Assembly (NCBI GenBank): GCA_963787835.1
Contig: CAWBEI010000003.1
Coordinates: 288,001 to 352,000 of the forward strand
Reading direction: 5' to 3'
DNA from: Ignavibacteriota bacterium
GTDB taxonomy: Bacteria > Bacteroidota > Ignavibacteria > Palsa-1295
Length of the DNA stretch: 64,000 bases
Shown: in pieces, positions 51,065 through 62,002 of the stretch
Numbering within the stretch: the first letter of the stretch is position 1
Layout of the letters: each line of letters starts with the position of its first letter
Position numbers and translations under genes: made by a program
The notes under the pieces: model-generated
Told to the model about the DNA's origin: nothing
Databases searched by the model: none
The model's input: only the letters and a program-made list of their open reading frames with translations

Positions 51065-51880
51065 ATGCTGATGGCTACATACTCAACAGGACAGGTTACA
51101 CTCGGCAATCTCACGGTTCATCGACTGGGGTTGGGAACTAACCGCATTACCGACACCGATACCGCTCGTGCCGTGCTTCTGCGCGCGGTAGAGCTCGGAA
51201 TTAATTTTATCGACACGGCCGATCTCTATCAGAAAGGCCAAAGTGAGGAAACCATCGGTCGCACTTTTTCACCGTATCCGGAGGGTCTTATTATTGCGAC
51301 GAAAGGAGGAATGTCCTGGAATGATGGCAGCGGCATCAACGATCCAACCTATTTACGGAACGCATTGGACGCGAGCTTGAAACGGCTTAACCGGGATTAC
51401 GTGGATCTTTATCAACTACATCGCATTGAGCCAGGCATTCCCATTGAAGAAACGGCACAGGTATTGAGTGCGATGAAAGAGTCTGGCAAGGTTCGGAATA
51501 TAGGCCTTTCCGAAGCAACGGTCGAGCAGATCGAACGCTTCCGGAAAATCGTCGATATTGTCTCGGTTCAAAACAAATATAATATTTTCGAACGAAAATA
51601 TGAAGCCGAACTGAAGTATTGCGAAGCAAACGGCATTGCATTTATTCCCTGGTATCCTCTGGCAAAAGCAAAACTTGAAAGCCATGCACTCGAACAGATC
51701 GCGCACGAGCATCATGCTACGACCGCACAGATCGCGATCGCCTGGCTACTGGCTCGGTCCCTGGTGATGCTCCCCATTCCAGGAACTTTGTCGATCGCGC
51801 ACCTTGAATCGAATCTTGCAGCAGCGAATATTAGACTCGATGAGAAAAATATGGGGGTGTTAAATTCGATCACGGCATAA
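51065..51880 (+). CDS. Aldo/keto reductase
   Basis: FIDTADLY, DLYQLHR, IGLSE, LPIPGT. Confidence 0.92.
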   Translation: MLMATYSTGQVTLGNLTVHRLGLGTNRITDTDTARAVLLRAVELGINFIDTADLYQKGQSEETIGRTFSPYPEGLIIATKGGMSWNDGSGINDPTYLRNALDASLKRLNRDYVDLYQLHRIEPGIPIEETAQVLSAMKESGKVRNIGLSEATVEQIERFRKIVDIVSVQNKYNIFERKYEAELKYCEANGIAFIPWYPLAKAKLESHALEQIAHEHHATTAQIAIAWLLARSLVMLPIPGTLSIAHLESNLAAANIRLDEKNMGVLNSITA

Positions 51881-51930
51881 AATGATGTGTTACGGAGCTA
51901 CACATTGATTTTTAATGTTAAGATTCATCC

Positions 51931-53365
51931 ATGGATTCTTTGATCGAGAGCGAACCGTCAATAACAACACCTCACCATTTAAGCACCACCGCTTTGGAGG
52001 ATTCCTCCAAAACACGTTCACAAACAAACGGCGACGAAGGGAATTATCTTCTCGATGTCAGCCGCCGCGCGCATTTCCTTCGAGCAGCGGGGGTAGGCCT
52101 ATTGGCAGGCGGCGTTGCAGTAGCATTTCAACACGCGCTTGACATCACCGAAAGCGGAAGGATTGCGTTGCTCGGGACATTGCAACATTTCCCTGCGTGG
52201 GGATGGGCGGTACTCCCTGTCATCACTGGACTATGCGGGGCTGCGGCTGGATATATCACAGATCGATACGCACCGGCTGCAGCCGGTAGTGGTATTCCGC
52301 ATATTCGCGCTGTGCTCGCCGGAAAACGCACATTAGATTGGCGGCGTATTTTTCCGGTCAAGTTCATCGGAGGAATGCTGGCATTGGGCTCTGGCTTTTC
52401 GCTGGGCCGCGAGGGACCAACCGTACAGCTTGGCGCCAGCGCCGGAGCTGCGCTCTCAGAAAAGATGAAGTTGGACCCTCATTCGAAAAGGAATCTTATC
52501 GCATCAGCGGCCGGCGCCGGACTTGGAGCTGCTTTTAATGCTCCACTTGCGGGGTTCATTTTCGTCATCGAGGAATTGCAGCGTGAGATCTCGCCGCTTA
52601 CGCTCGTAAGTGCCTTGATCGCATCTGTGATCGCGGTAGCTGTCAGCAGGATTTTTACCGGCCAACTCCCATCGTTCCATATTCGAAACTTTCCCCTTCC
52701 ACCGCTGACCGCACTCCCGTTATTTGCCATTATGGGCCTCGTCGCAGGATATGCTGGAGTTCTCTTTAATCGCACTCTCATTTGGTCCGTGAAGGCATCG
52801 CAGCGCACTCAGCTTCCTACCTGGAAAAAGGCTGCCATCGCCGGAGCGATCACCGGGCTTGCAGGATGGTGGCTGCCAGACGCCCTGGGTGGTGGGCATC
52901 GAATTGCCGAGAGCATTTTGCGTGGGGATTTTACATCCGGAAGCGTTACTCTTTTTCTATTTATCCTTCTCGCCGGAAAATTTATGTTAACGATGTTGGG
53001 CTATTCGTCAGGAATTCCAGGGGGTATCTTTGCCCCGCTCCTGGTGCTCGGTGCAATAATTGGTCAGCTTTTCGGCCATTTAAGCGCTGTGATGTTTCCT
53101 ACAATTGGAACAACTCCGGCAGCGATATGCCGTCGTGTGCATGGCCGCTATGTTCACCTCCATTGTGCGTGCACCATTGACGGGAATTGTATTAATCCTT
53201 GAGATGACCGGGAATCAGGAGCAGCTATTTGCGCTTTGCACAACATGCCTTGTTGCTTATCTTGTTGCGGAACACGCGCGCTGTGAGCCTATTTATGATT
53301 CACTGCTGAGTCTCGATCTGGATCGGGATAAAAGTGATCTTGAAGATGTATCACATCTTCATTAA
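51931..53365 (+). pseudogene. clcA: H+/Cl- antiporter ClcA, frameshifted near 53125
   Basis: GSGIP, GREGPT, GGIFAP in one frame; IVRAPLTG...EMTG...PIY continues in another frame after one extra base. Confidence 0.85.
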
Positions 53366-53396
53366 CCGATACTCACCATACGATTGAGGCGACTGC

Positions 53397-53969
53397 TTAC
53401 TTCTCAGCAAGCAACGGTTTGAACATTGCCTCGACAACGGTATCGGTACGCCAGCCGGTAAAGCTGGAACGGATCATTCCCTTACGATCGATCACGAACG
53501 TAACGGGAATAGATGACATCTCTCCATAAGAAGCCGTAACCTTTGGGTCTGGAAGCAGGATAGGATAACTTACGGGATGGTTTGCAAGCCAGGGCTTCAC
53601 TTTTGCAAGACCCTCATCATCGAGTGCTATGCCGACGAACTGAATGCCCTGAGCGCCAAAATCCTTTTGGAGTTGGGCGAATTCTGGTATCTCTTTTCTA
53701 CACGGGGGGCACCACGTAGCCCAAAAATTGAGCATAACTACTTTGCCGCGATAATCCGAAAGGTGGTGCACGGTACCATCGACATCCTGAAGAGAGAAAT
53801 CGGGCGCTGGTTTGGGTACCATCACAGAATCTGAGGGATTCATGATTGCGGCCATTGCCGAATCTGGCTCAATACCATGTGACGCTGTGAGCTCATACAC
53901 CGCAATAGCCCCGACCAAAACAAGAATCGTTACGATAGGAACAATAAGCTTAGAATTCCGAGATTTCAT
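53397..53969 (-). CDS. TlpA-family thiol-disulfide oxidoreductase
   Basis: N-terminal anchor, APDFSL, NFWATWCPPC, IPVTFVID. Confidence 0.92.
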   Translation of the reverse strand: MKSRNSKLIVPIVTILVLVGAIAVYELTASHGIEPDSAMAAIMNPSDSVMVPKPAPDFSLQDVDGTVHHLSDYRGKVVMLNFWATWCPPCRKEIPEFAQLQKDFGAQGIQFVGIALDDEGLAKVKPWLANHPVSYPILLPDPKVTASYGEMSSIPVTFVIDRKGMIRSSFTGWRTDTVVEAMFKPLLAEK

Positions 53970-54153
53970 GAGAAATGTGCAAAATTAGTGACCGACTGAA
54001 AATTCACTGTTACTTTGAAACATTACAGACATCAGAAAGTGCCGGTTTTTCAGGGAAATGGTTTGCTGAGTTTGGAGTGATCTCCGCAACCCTCTTGGCA
54101 TATTCCATGTTCGGCGGCCTCAATAAGTCAACCACTGTTTACGCTATCCATAT

Positions 54154-54531
54154 ATGGCTCGCTTATTTTTTCTTGCATTCTCGCTATCCGTTCTTTCGGC
54201 TTGCGCAACCCCGCAGCCTCCTTTTCATGGCTTCCCCGATCAGGCATCGCTGAATAATCAGGATGCTATCGTAATGCAGCAATCCGTTACCGGCGGCCCG
54301 CTCGACCCCCTGAGTCTTGCTCAGGATGATCAGCGATATGGCCATGATAATATTGCATACGACCGGATCGAAGAAGGTTATTACCAGTGGGGGCAGAAAC
54401 TATATGCTATGGGCTACCGTGATGAATTTTACGTTCGCGACCTCGCGCCAAAGGCATTCCATCATGACATTCTCGATACCTACGATCATGCTATCGCGAA
54501 AGGCTTCGAGGATGCATCCGGCAAAAAATGA
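54154..54531 (+). CDS. Putative lipoprotein
   Basis: Lipobox LSAC. Confidence 0.75.
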   Translation: MARLFFLAFSLSVLSACATPQPPFHGFPDQASLNNQDAIVMQQSVTGGPLDPLSLAQDDQRYGHDNIAYDRIEEGYYQWGQKLYAMGYRDEFYVRDLAPKAFHHDILDTYDHAIAKGFEDASGKK

Positions 54532-54581
54532 AGATTCCGGAATTCCTTAGCAGTATTTTTTGTCCTCCTCAACTGTAATAA

Positions 54582-56459
54582 ATGTTATCTGAAACCGAAG
54601 CCAATCCCGTGACTGAAACACCCCGAACCCCTTCCGTCGAGAGTCCTGAACGCCTGTTCGAACAACTGCTCTCCAAAGGCTCCCAAAGTTCCGGCATTGA
54701 TGCTTTTCTTGATCTAACCAAAGATGCTTCGGATAAGTACTCCTTTGTGTTGACTTCCGATGGAGAATCCCTCGACCAGATCTACAAACAAGCATCCCGC
54801 ATCGCCGATGAAAAGGGCATGGATGACCGCGATGTGCTGGAACGCATTAGCGAAGTAGAATCAAAATGGCCGTCACATCCCGGAATTGTCGAAAATGCGA
54901 TCAATGAATTGATCGAAGCTTCGAATACCGATCAGGCCCTCGATCGATGCGAGCAAGCCATTGCCGACTGGTCATCGACCATCTCTAAGGCCGGAGTAAA
55001 ACTTGCTTCCGACATTTCCGCAGCCACTGGCGCTGGACCTCTTTTCATTCAACTACTCGCGAATTACGAATTTGCACTTGAGCGCAGCGGAAAGCTTGAA
55101 GAAGCTCTCTCAGCGGCTCAGCTTTCACGATCGCTCGATCCCTCCGATCCTGAAAATGTATTAAGTTCCATCATCAGCCTCTACATTCGGGTTGGAGATC
55201 CCATGTCGGCATTGCGCCAGCTTGAACCGCTGACGGAATCCCTGGCCCCGTATGTACTCTATGGTCGTGCGCTTGCGTATTATGCTCTTGGCCAGCAGGA
55301 GAACGCTCAGTTTGCCATCCAGGCGGCCCTGCGGCGTTGGCCGGACGTAGCGCAAGCCCTGACTCGCGAATGGAAAGGCGGAACGCCGATGCCGCGTCCC
55401 GGAGAAGCTGTCAGCGAATTGCAGGTGCTCTTCGGATATTACGAAGTATTTGGCCCGGCCTGGAAATCCGTAGCCGGCGCAGTAGAGTGGCTCCGCGAAG
55501 CTGCCAAAAGCGTTGCTCGCATGGGAACGCGCAGGGAACGATACACTGGCCTCACCCGCTCCGGCGAAACCGCCGGCGCTCCTGAAACCGAAGCCGCAGT
55601 GCAGAAAGAGCAAGCGGAGCTTATCCGCAAAGCGCAAGTCATCGGAGAAGATGAATTCGTCCGGTTCCTCGAAGTCCGGCCCAACGTCTATGTCTATGAC
55701 CTTACCGAGCGCGGCAAGGAGCTTGACGAAGAGCATAATGCGCTGTATCGAAAAGATATGAAGATCGCTGCTCGTATTGCAGCGATCGAAGAACTTCTGA
55801 AGATCTGGCCCGGTCACGCCAATGCTGCCATAGCACTGGCGAGGTTCCACGCCCAGAAGGAGCACTTCGGCGATGCCATCGACCTGCTCGAACCAGTCAT
55901 CTTCGATCTCCAAAAATCCTGGCCTGACGACCTCGTCGGAGCGGGAAGAATTCCCTCCGAGTGGCCTGGTAATAAGCCGATACTAAGCGCATACGCCTAT
56001 ATGGTCACCGACTTAGCAGAATCCGGTGATCATCCAAGCGCCAAGGCTTATGCCAAAGATGTACTGACATTCAACCCCATGGATAACCTCGGCATTCGCC
56101 AAAAAGCGATAGAACTTGCTATTGCCGATGGCGAATATCACGATGCGCTCCGCTTGATCAACGAGGCCCCCGATCCCATGTCGGCATACAACCTCTTTGG
56201 CCGTGCCTTGCTGGGCTTTGTGCTTAAAACCTCGGATGCCGAAACTGCACTGAAAACTGCAGTACAAAGCCGCCCATTGGTCTGGCGGGAACTTGCCGCT
56301 TCGAAACATCGCATGCCGCACCACTATAATCCGGGATGGGTGCGATATTTCTCGGCAGAAGAAGCCTATAATTACAATGAACTATGGTCCGGATTGTGGC
56401 TTCGAAAACATGGCGCCCTCCTTTGGCTAAAAACCGAAGGAAAGAAATATGCCGTCTGA
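54582..56459 (+). CDS. TPR-like helical protein with internal duplication
   Basis: Twice-occurring GRAL and GAxxWL motifs; NPMDNLGIR. Confidence 0.75.
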   Translation: MLSETEANPVTETPRTPSVESPERLFEQLLSKGSQSSGIDAFLDLTKDASDKYSFVLTSDGESLDQIYKQASRIADEKGMDDRDVLERISEVESKWPSHPGIVENAINELIEASNTDQALDRCEQAIADWSSTISKAGVKLASDISAATGAGPLFIQLLANYEFALERSGKLEEALSAAQLSRSLDPSDPENVLSSIISLYIRVGDPMSALRQLEPLTESLAPYVLYGRALAYYALGQQENAQFAIQAALRRWPDVAQALTREWKGGTPMPRPGEAVSELQVLFGYYEVFGPAWKSVAGAVEWLREAAKSVARMGTRRERYTGLTRSGETAGAPETEAAVQKEQAELIRKAQVIGEDEFVRFLEVRPNVYVYDLTERGKELDEEHNALYRKDMKIAARIAAIEELLKIWPGHANAAIALARFHAQKEHFGDAIDLLEPVIFDLQKSWPDDLVGAGRIPSEWPGNKPILSAYAYMVTDLAESGDHPSAKAYAKDVLTFNPMDNLGIRQKAIELAIADGEYHDALRLINEAPDPMSAYNLFGRALLGFVLKTSDAETALKTAVQSRPLVWRELAASKHRMPHHYNPGWVRYFSAEEAYNYNELWSGLWLRKHGALLWLKTEGKKYAV

Positions 56460-56482
56460 ACCATCAACTTGGGCTGTCCAGA

Positions 56483-56782
56483 CTATTCCTGATCCGTAAT
56501 TTCTTCCATCAGCTCCGCCGGTTGCGGCTGAGGAGCCTGCGCTACTCCGATCACGCCCGTCTTCAGCGCACTCAAGAAAACAACCTGACCACACCCGTTG
56601 CAGGTCATGGAAATCACAGGCTTGACTGAAGTCTGGCCGGCTGGGTCGGTGCCGAATTCGCGAAGTTCGAAGATCTTATCCTCTACCTGCCAACTGCCGG
56701 AGCCGCAGATAGCGCAGGGTTGGCGAAGAATGTTTTGGAGATGTGCATGGAGGCGCTGGAGCCCGTCTTGATTAAGTGTCAT
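56483..56782 (-). CDS. Small zinc-ribbon protein
   Basis: CAIC...CNGC; start taken at MTLNQ. Confidence 0.75.
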   Translation of the reverse strand: MTLNQDGLQRLHAHLQNILRQPCAICGSGSWQVEDKIFELREFGTDPAGQTSVKPVISMTCNGCGQVVFLSALKTGVIGVAQAPQPQPAELMEEITDQE

Positions 56783-57062
56783 GTTTGTTATTGTTAAAAT
56801 TGTTCGTCCAATGAATGGCTCCCGGACGTTGAAACGCCACCAATAGTTTCCGGAAATCTTGATTTCTCTTGAATTCCCGCATAATGTTTTTTGATTTCGA
56901 GTCATTTTTGTAGCTATTTAGTATCTCTATTAGTGATTCAAGTATTGCAAGAATACCTCATATTTAGTGGTTTTCTAAGGCGATCTGATCAACACCTAAA
57001 AAATGAAACTTCTTGGCCCGATTTTGGCTTTGAAATAGAGTAAAAAAATGGTCTGATCTGTT

Positions 57063-57617
57063 ATGAAACGACTTTTATCCGCACTACGTATTCTTGGGTC
57101 ATCCGCGATCCTGATTTCCCTTGCAAGCACAGCCTCGATGGCGCAATTTCGCAGCGACGTCAGCCATAGCGATCCGCCGCTGAACACGGCGAGCGCCATG
57201 CAGGGCGGCGATTTCCTTTCGCAGCTCTTCGATGCGAATCATTTTAGCATGCACCAAAGTTTTTCCTCGAGCTTTATCTCGGGCGGCGGCGGCAGTTTAG
57301 GCATCAGCATGTTCACGAACACGTTCGCCTTCCATCCATCGGATAACCTCTTCGTATCGGCCGATCTATCGGCGGTGTATTCTCCATTTAGTTCCTTCGG
57401 CAGCGCGTATTCGAATTCGTTGAACGGCATCTATCTAACCAGCGCGCGCCTCGACTGGAAACTGAGCGATAATACCTTCATGCGCGTCGAATATTTAGGC
57501 GGTCCGACGGCTGGAATGTATGGTGCGTACAGCCCATATTACAATCCGTTCTACATGCCCTCAGCGCCGGCGGCTCCCGGAGGATTTGCCGCCGGTGGCG
57601 GTGTGCAAGTCCATTAA
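57063..57617 (+). CDS. Secreted hypothetical protein
   Basis: Signal peptide ending ASMA-Q; Ser/Phe-rich beta strands. Confidence 0.75.
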   Translation: MKRLLSALRILGSSAILISLASTASMAQFRSDVSHSDPPLNTASAMQGGDFLSQLFDANHFSMHQSFSSSFISGGGGSLGISMFTNTFAFHPSDNLFVSADLSAVYSPFSSFGSAYSNSLNGIYLTSARLDWKLSDNTFMRVEYLGGPTAGMYGAYSPYYNPFYMPSAPAAPGGFAAGGGVQVH

Positions 57618-57659
57618 TGCCGGCCATCGCTCCAATAATGCTCGCCAACGCTCCACCAT

Positions 57660-58169
57660 TTGTCCGACCAACCGCTGCTTGAACGACTCTTTGGTTCCGA
57701 ACGAAAGCGCAAACAACTCCAGCAGCGCGCGTTGCAGATCCTTTCCTGGTTATTCGTCGCGTTCGTTGGCGCCATCGTCGTGCTACTGGCGTGGCAATTT
57801 GTCATGCGAACCTTCGTGACGCACCCGGTCAGCGGCGAGATCGACCGGCCCGATATGCTCGTCCGTAAGGGCGAGCGAATCCAGATCAACGTTCTCAATG
57901 GCTCCGGACGGATGCGCATGGCACAGAAATTCACCGATTTCCTGCGCGCGCGTCAATTCGATGTGGTCGATATGGAGAATTACAAGGACACCACAGTCCC
58001 ACGCACGTTTATTATCGACCGGGTCGGCGACAGCGTTTCAGCACACAAGATCGCGTATGCGCTCGGCGTTTCGGATTCGCTGGTCACACGCGAGATCGAT
58101 ACCGAAGAATATGTTAAGGCCGATCTTATCATTGGCCGGGATTTTCAAATGTTGAAACCAATGAAATAA
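57660..58169 (+). CDS. LytR C-terminal domain protein
   Basis: TM helix, INVLNGSG, DLIIGRDF. Confidence 0.85.
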   Translation: MSDQPLLERLFGSERKRKQLQQRALQILSWLFVAFVGAIVVLLAWQFVMRTFVTHPVSGEIDRPDMLVRKGERIQINVLNGSGRMRMAQKFTDFLRARQFDVVDMENYKDTTVPRTFIIDRVGDSVSAHKIAYALGVSDSLVTREIDTEEYVKADLIIGRDFQMLKPMK

Positions 58170-58177
58170 ACCTAAGA

Positions 58178-58321
58178 TGTCATTGCGAGCAGTCTATCGA
58201 GGCGACAGCGGAGATAGACTGCGAAGCAATCTCTTCGCAGCAGGATAGAGATTGCTTCGTCGTATCGAACAAGCATCGTCGGCGATGCGCCTCCGGTCGT
58301 TCGATTCTCCTCGCAATGACA
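58178..58321. repeat. GTCATTGCGAG/GAAGCAATC palindromic element (RPE-like)
   Basis: TGTCATTGCGAG...GAAGCAATCTC...GAGATTGCTTC...CTCGCAATGACA. Confidence 0.85.
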
Positions 58322-58359
58322 AAATGATACATTGTCAAAAATAAGTAAAGGAACAGACC

Positions 58360-58995
58360 ATCTCAAAATCTACTACATCGAAAGCAAAATCGAAGACGGC
58401 CCGGACAGGAACCGTCTCTAAAACAGTCACCACAAAACCGGCTCGCGCTGCCACAAAAAAGCCACCTCGGAAAACGGAACCCTCCGCAGCAGAAGGTATT
58501 CGCGCGGCTGCGATGAAGGCCGCCCAGTACGCTCTTGAAAAAAAGGCAACGGATATTCACGTGCTCGATCTGCGTGAGATCACCTCGATGACCGATTATT
58601 TCGTAGTCGCGACGGGCACCAGCGACCGGCAGGTGAAGGCGATCGCCGAGAACGTCATCGCGGAAATGCGCGACACCGAAGGCGTCGGCGCGTGGCGCAG
58701 TGAAGGATGGGACAGCCTCCACTGGGTCATTATTGATTTCGTGGATTTTGTTGTTCACGTTTTCCAGACAGAATCCAGGCAGTTCTATAATATAGAACGC
58801 CTCTGGGCCGATGCCCCAATGACCGAAGTGAAAGACGAGATTTCCACTCCAAAAACAAAAGCTCCGACGAAGAAAAAACCCGCCGCTGCCAAGGCCACGC
58901 GTGCGAAAAAAGTAGCAGCAGTTAACGCCACGACCGGACCGAAGATCAAGGTCATCAGTGATTCCAGAAATAAGGCTACTCAGAAATACATCTAA
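58360..58995 (+). CDS. rsfS: Ribosome silencing factor RsfS with Lys/Ala-rich extensions
   Basis: EKKATDI.VLD, DYFVVATG.SDRQVKAIA, WVIIDFVDFVVHVF, FYNIERLW; frame open from 58345, proposed ATC start at 58360 (first ATG is 58513). Confidence 0.9.
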   Translation: MSKSTTSKAKSKTARTGTVSKTVTTKPARAATKKPPRKTEPSAAEGIRAAAMKAAQYALEKKATDIHVLDLREITSMTDYFVVATGTSDRQVKAIAENVIAEMRDTEGVGAWRSEGWDSLHWVIIDFVDFVVHVFQTESRQFYNIERLWADAPMTEVKDEISTPKTKAPTKKKPAAAKATRAKKVAAVNATTGPKIKVISDSRNKATQKYI

Positions 58996-59002
58996 GCAGT
59001 TC

Positions 59003-60637
59003 ATGGAGCGATTTTTAGAACGAGCATTTGAAACTGCCATCTATGAGCTTGGCGCTCCATCCGGTACGCCCATAAAATTCGAGCAGCCGCAGAACGAAGA
59101 ACATGGCGATCTCTCGACGAACGTCGCCATGTTGCTTACCAAGACGCTCAAGCGTCCACCGCGCGAAATTGCGAAGGAGATCATCGCCAACTTGCATCTC
59201 GATTACGGTCACATCCGAACGGTGGAGATCGCAGGCCCCGGGTTTATCAATATCGCGTTCGACGACCAGCATTTCACTAATGGCCTTCGTGAACTGATCG
59301 CTGCCGGAGCGGAATTTGGACTGGGTCATTCGAACGATGGAAAAGCGATCAACCTTGAATGGGTCAGCGCGAATCCGACGGGGAATCTTCATGCGGGACA
59401 TGGCCGTCAGGTATGTATGGGGCAGGCAATCGCAAATTTGCTGGATTGGACCGGCGCGAACGTCACGCGCGAATATTATTTCAACAATGCAGGTAACCAG
59501 ATGGCGAATCTGGCAAAATCTGTTCGCGTCCGGTATTTGCAGGAACTTGGCGATGAAATAGAATTACCTGAAGATGGTTACCATGGCGTCGAGATCGTTG
59601 AGATCGCCAAAGAGTTAGTGCGGCAGTTCGGTGCGGAGAAACGCTCTGCTCCGCTCTCCTTCTTTCAATCCTTTGGCGAGCAGGAGAATTTCAAGCATAT
59701 CCGCGCCACGCTCGACAGGCTCGGTGTACATCACGATATTTTCTTCAACGAAAATTCGCTCTATGAGTCCGGCGTGATCGTTGAAACGATCGAGGAGTTC
59801 AAAACCCAGGGCCTGGCCTACGAAAAAGATGGCGCGCTATGGCTCAAGCTTTCCGAAATGGGCGAGAAGGATGACCGCGTCATCGTAAAATCCTCCGGCG
59901 AGCCAACCTATCGACTGCCGGATATTTGCTATCACCGTAATAAACTTTCGCGCGGGTATGACGAACTTATTGACATTTTCGGCGCCGATCATATCGGCAC
60001 CATACCCGATGTGCTTGCAGCGTTGCGGGCATTGGGATATGATACATCGAAGATCAAAGTGGTGATCCATCAGATGGTCTCGTTCATAGCTGGCGAAGAA
60101 CTGATAAAGTTCTCGAAACGAAGCGGCGGCGCGTACACGCTCGATGAATTGCTCGATGATGTCGGCACCGATGCGGCGAAATTCTTCTTCAATATGCGCT
60201 CCGCAGGGAGCCATCTTGAGTTCGATGTGGCCTTAGCGAAGGAGCAATCGGATAAGAATCCCGTCTATTACGTGCAATATGCTCACGCCCGCATTGCAAG
60301 CATTCTGCGATTCGCAGCGCAGCAAGGGTTGCAGGTCGATGGCGCTGTTGATGAATCCCTGGATCTGCTACGCCATGCCGAGGAACTCCGACTCATAAAA
60401 GTGCTGCTGCGGTTTCCGGAAACCGTGGAGCGTTCCGCTGCTGCGCTTGCGCCGCATCATATCTGCGAGTATCTTCGCGATGTTGCAGCGCAGTTTCACC
60501 GGTTTTATCAGGAATGCCGTATTGTTGGAGGGCCGAAGGAACTCGAGATACCACGTCTTCTACTTGCCATGGCTGCGAAACGTGTGATCTCGAACGGATG
60601 TGCCATTCTTGGTGTGACGGCTCCCGAAAGTATGTAA
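59003..60637 (+). CDS. argS: Arginine--tRNA ligase
   Basis: HGDLSTN, GPGFIN, SANPTGNLHAGHGR, FSKRSG, YVQYAHARI. Confidence 0.97.
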   Translation: MERFLERAFETAIYELGAPSGTPIKFEQPQNEEHGDLSTNVAMLLTKTLKRPPREIAKEIIANLHLDYGHIRTVEIAGPGFINIAFDDQHFTNGLRELIAAGAEFGLGHSNDGKAINLEWVSANPTGNLHAGHGRQVCMGQAIANLLDWTGANVTREYYFNNAGNQMANLAKSVRVRYLQELGDEIELPEDGYHGVEIVEIAKELVRQFGAEKRSAPLSFFQSFGEQENFKHIRATLDRLGVHHDIFFNENSLYESGVIVETIEEFKTQGLAYEKDGALWLKLSEMGEKDDRVIVKSSGEPTYRLPDICYHRNKLSRGYDELIDIFGADHIGTIPDVLAALRALGYDTSKIKVVIHQMVSFIAGEELIKFSKRSGGAYTLDELLDDVGTDAAKFFFNMRSAGSHLEFDVALAKEQSDKNPVYYVQYAHARIASILRFAAQQGLQVDGAVDESLDLLRHAEELRLIKVLLRFPETVERSAAALAPHHICEYLRDVAAQFHRFYQECRIVGGPKELEIPRLLLAMAAKRVISNGCAILGVTAPESM

Positions 60638-60662
60638 TGTTTCGACGAATGAACGCTCTCGA

Positions 60663-61979
60663 ATGATTCCTGCTGAGATCCTTTTCATCCTCGTCTGCAT
60701 TGTTTTGCATGCGTATTTTTCGCTTGCAGAAACAAGTATCCTGACCATCCGCAAAAGCAGATTGCGCGAAATTATTGACGATCCCGAAACGCCGGAACTG
60801 CGCATTCGTCGCGCCACGACGATCCTGTCGTTTAAACTCGCTCCAGAGGATTTTCTTGCCGCAATCGAATTGGCATCCGTAGGTTTAAGTATTTTAGGTG
60901 CCATAATCGCAACGATCCTGTCGATCCAGTGGGCTTTACTCTATCCGTTCGGGAATACGGAGTGGTCTTCCATTATTCCCTTTGTCGTAACATTAGGAAC
61001 CGGAGCCGCGATCGATATTACGTTCGGTGCGCTGATACCGAAGTCGATCGCGCTGCACCAAAGCGAGCCGATCGCGTTTGCGATCGCAGCGGTCATGAGT
61101 TTCCTGATGCGGTTGCTAAAGTTACCAACGCGCCTTCCGGTGTTGGTCTCGCGTATCGTGCTGAAGCCGTTTCAAGCGAGAGCCCTGACCACAAGCCGGA
61201 TTTCAGAAGAGGAACTTCGCGTCATGCTTGAAGAAGGGGCCGAAAGCGGCGCCATCGACAAGACCGAGAACGAACTCATTGAAAATATCTTCGACTTCAA
61301 TGAGCGAACCGCACGCGAAACGATGGTTCCAAGAATTAAAATGCTCGCGCTCGATGCCGGCCTGCCTCGGGAAAAGCTCATCGAGCGCATTATCTCCGAG
61401 GGCTTTACACGGCTGCCCGTCTATCAGGATACGCTCGACAATATTCTCGGAGTCGTCTATTCCAAGGATGTCCTGGCGCTGATCGAGCATCCGAACCTCA
61501 TCATTCTGTACGATATTATCCGTCCTGTTCCCTTTGTGCCCGAAACGAAGCTGTTAACAGAACTCTTACGGGAGTTCCAGCGGGAACGGTTGCACATGGC
61601 GATCGTCATAGATGAATTTGGTGGAACGGCCGGCTTGATAACGCTCGAAGACATTTTGGAGGAGATCGTTGGCGAGATCCAGGATGAATACGATACCGAG
61701 CAACAAAACTTCCAGATCGGGGCGGACCAAAAGTCCATCACACTATCGGCAAATTATTCTATCGCCGACGCAAATCAGGAGCTTGAAAAAGTATTCGAGG
61801 AATTTCAGATCCCCGAAGACGAGGAATACGAATCCGTAAGCGGATTCGTCAATAAATTATTCGGCCATATCCCCGAGATTAATGAAGAGCGTAATCTGGA
61901 TGGGGTTCGGATTATCGTCACAGCAAAAGGCCCTATGAATATCTCCGAAGTCCGCATCGAGCAAGCGGAACATATATAA
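60663..61979 (+). CDS. Hemolysin/CNNM (DUF21-CBS-CorC) family protein
   Basis: FSLAETS, TRLPVY, DEFGGTAGLITLEDILEEIVGEI. Confidence 0.92.
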   Translation: MIPAEILFILVCIVLHAYFSLAETSILTIRKSRLREIIDDPETPELRIRRATTILSFKLAPEDFLAAIELASVGLSILGAIIATILSIQWALLYPFGNTEWSSIIPFVVTLGTGAAIDITFGALIPKSIALHQSEPIAFAIAAVMSFLMRLLKLPTRLPVLVSRIVLKPFQARALTTSRISEEELRVMLEEGAESGAIDKTENELIENIFDFNERTARETMVPRIKMLALDAGLPREKLIERIISEGFTRLPVYQDTLDNILGVVYSKDVLALIEHPNLIILYDIIRPVPFVPETKLLTELLREFQRERLHMAIVIDEFGGTAGLITLEDILEEIVGEIQDEYDTEQQNFQIGADQKSITLSANYSIADANQELEKVFEEFQIPEDEEYESVSGFVNKLFGHIPEINEERNLDGVRIIVTAKGPMNISEVRIEQAEHI

Positions 61980-62002
61980 TAAGGAACAAACTTCAAATTC
62001 AT

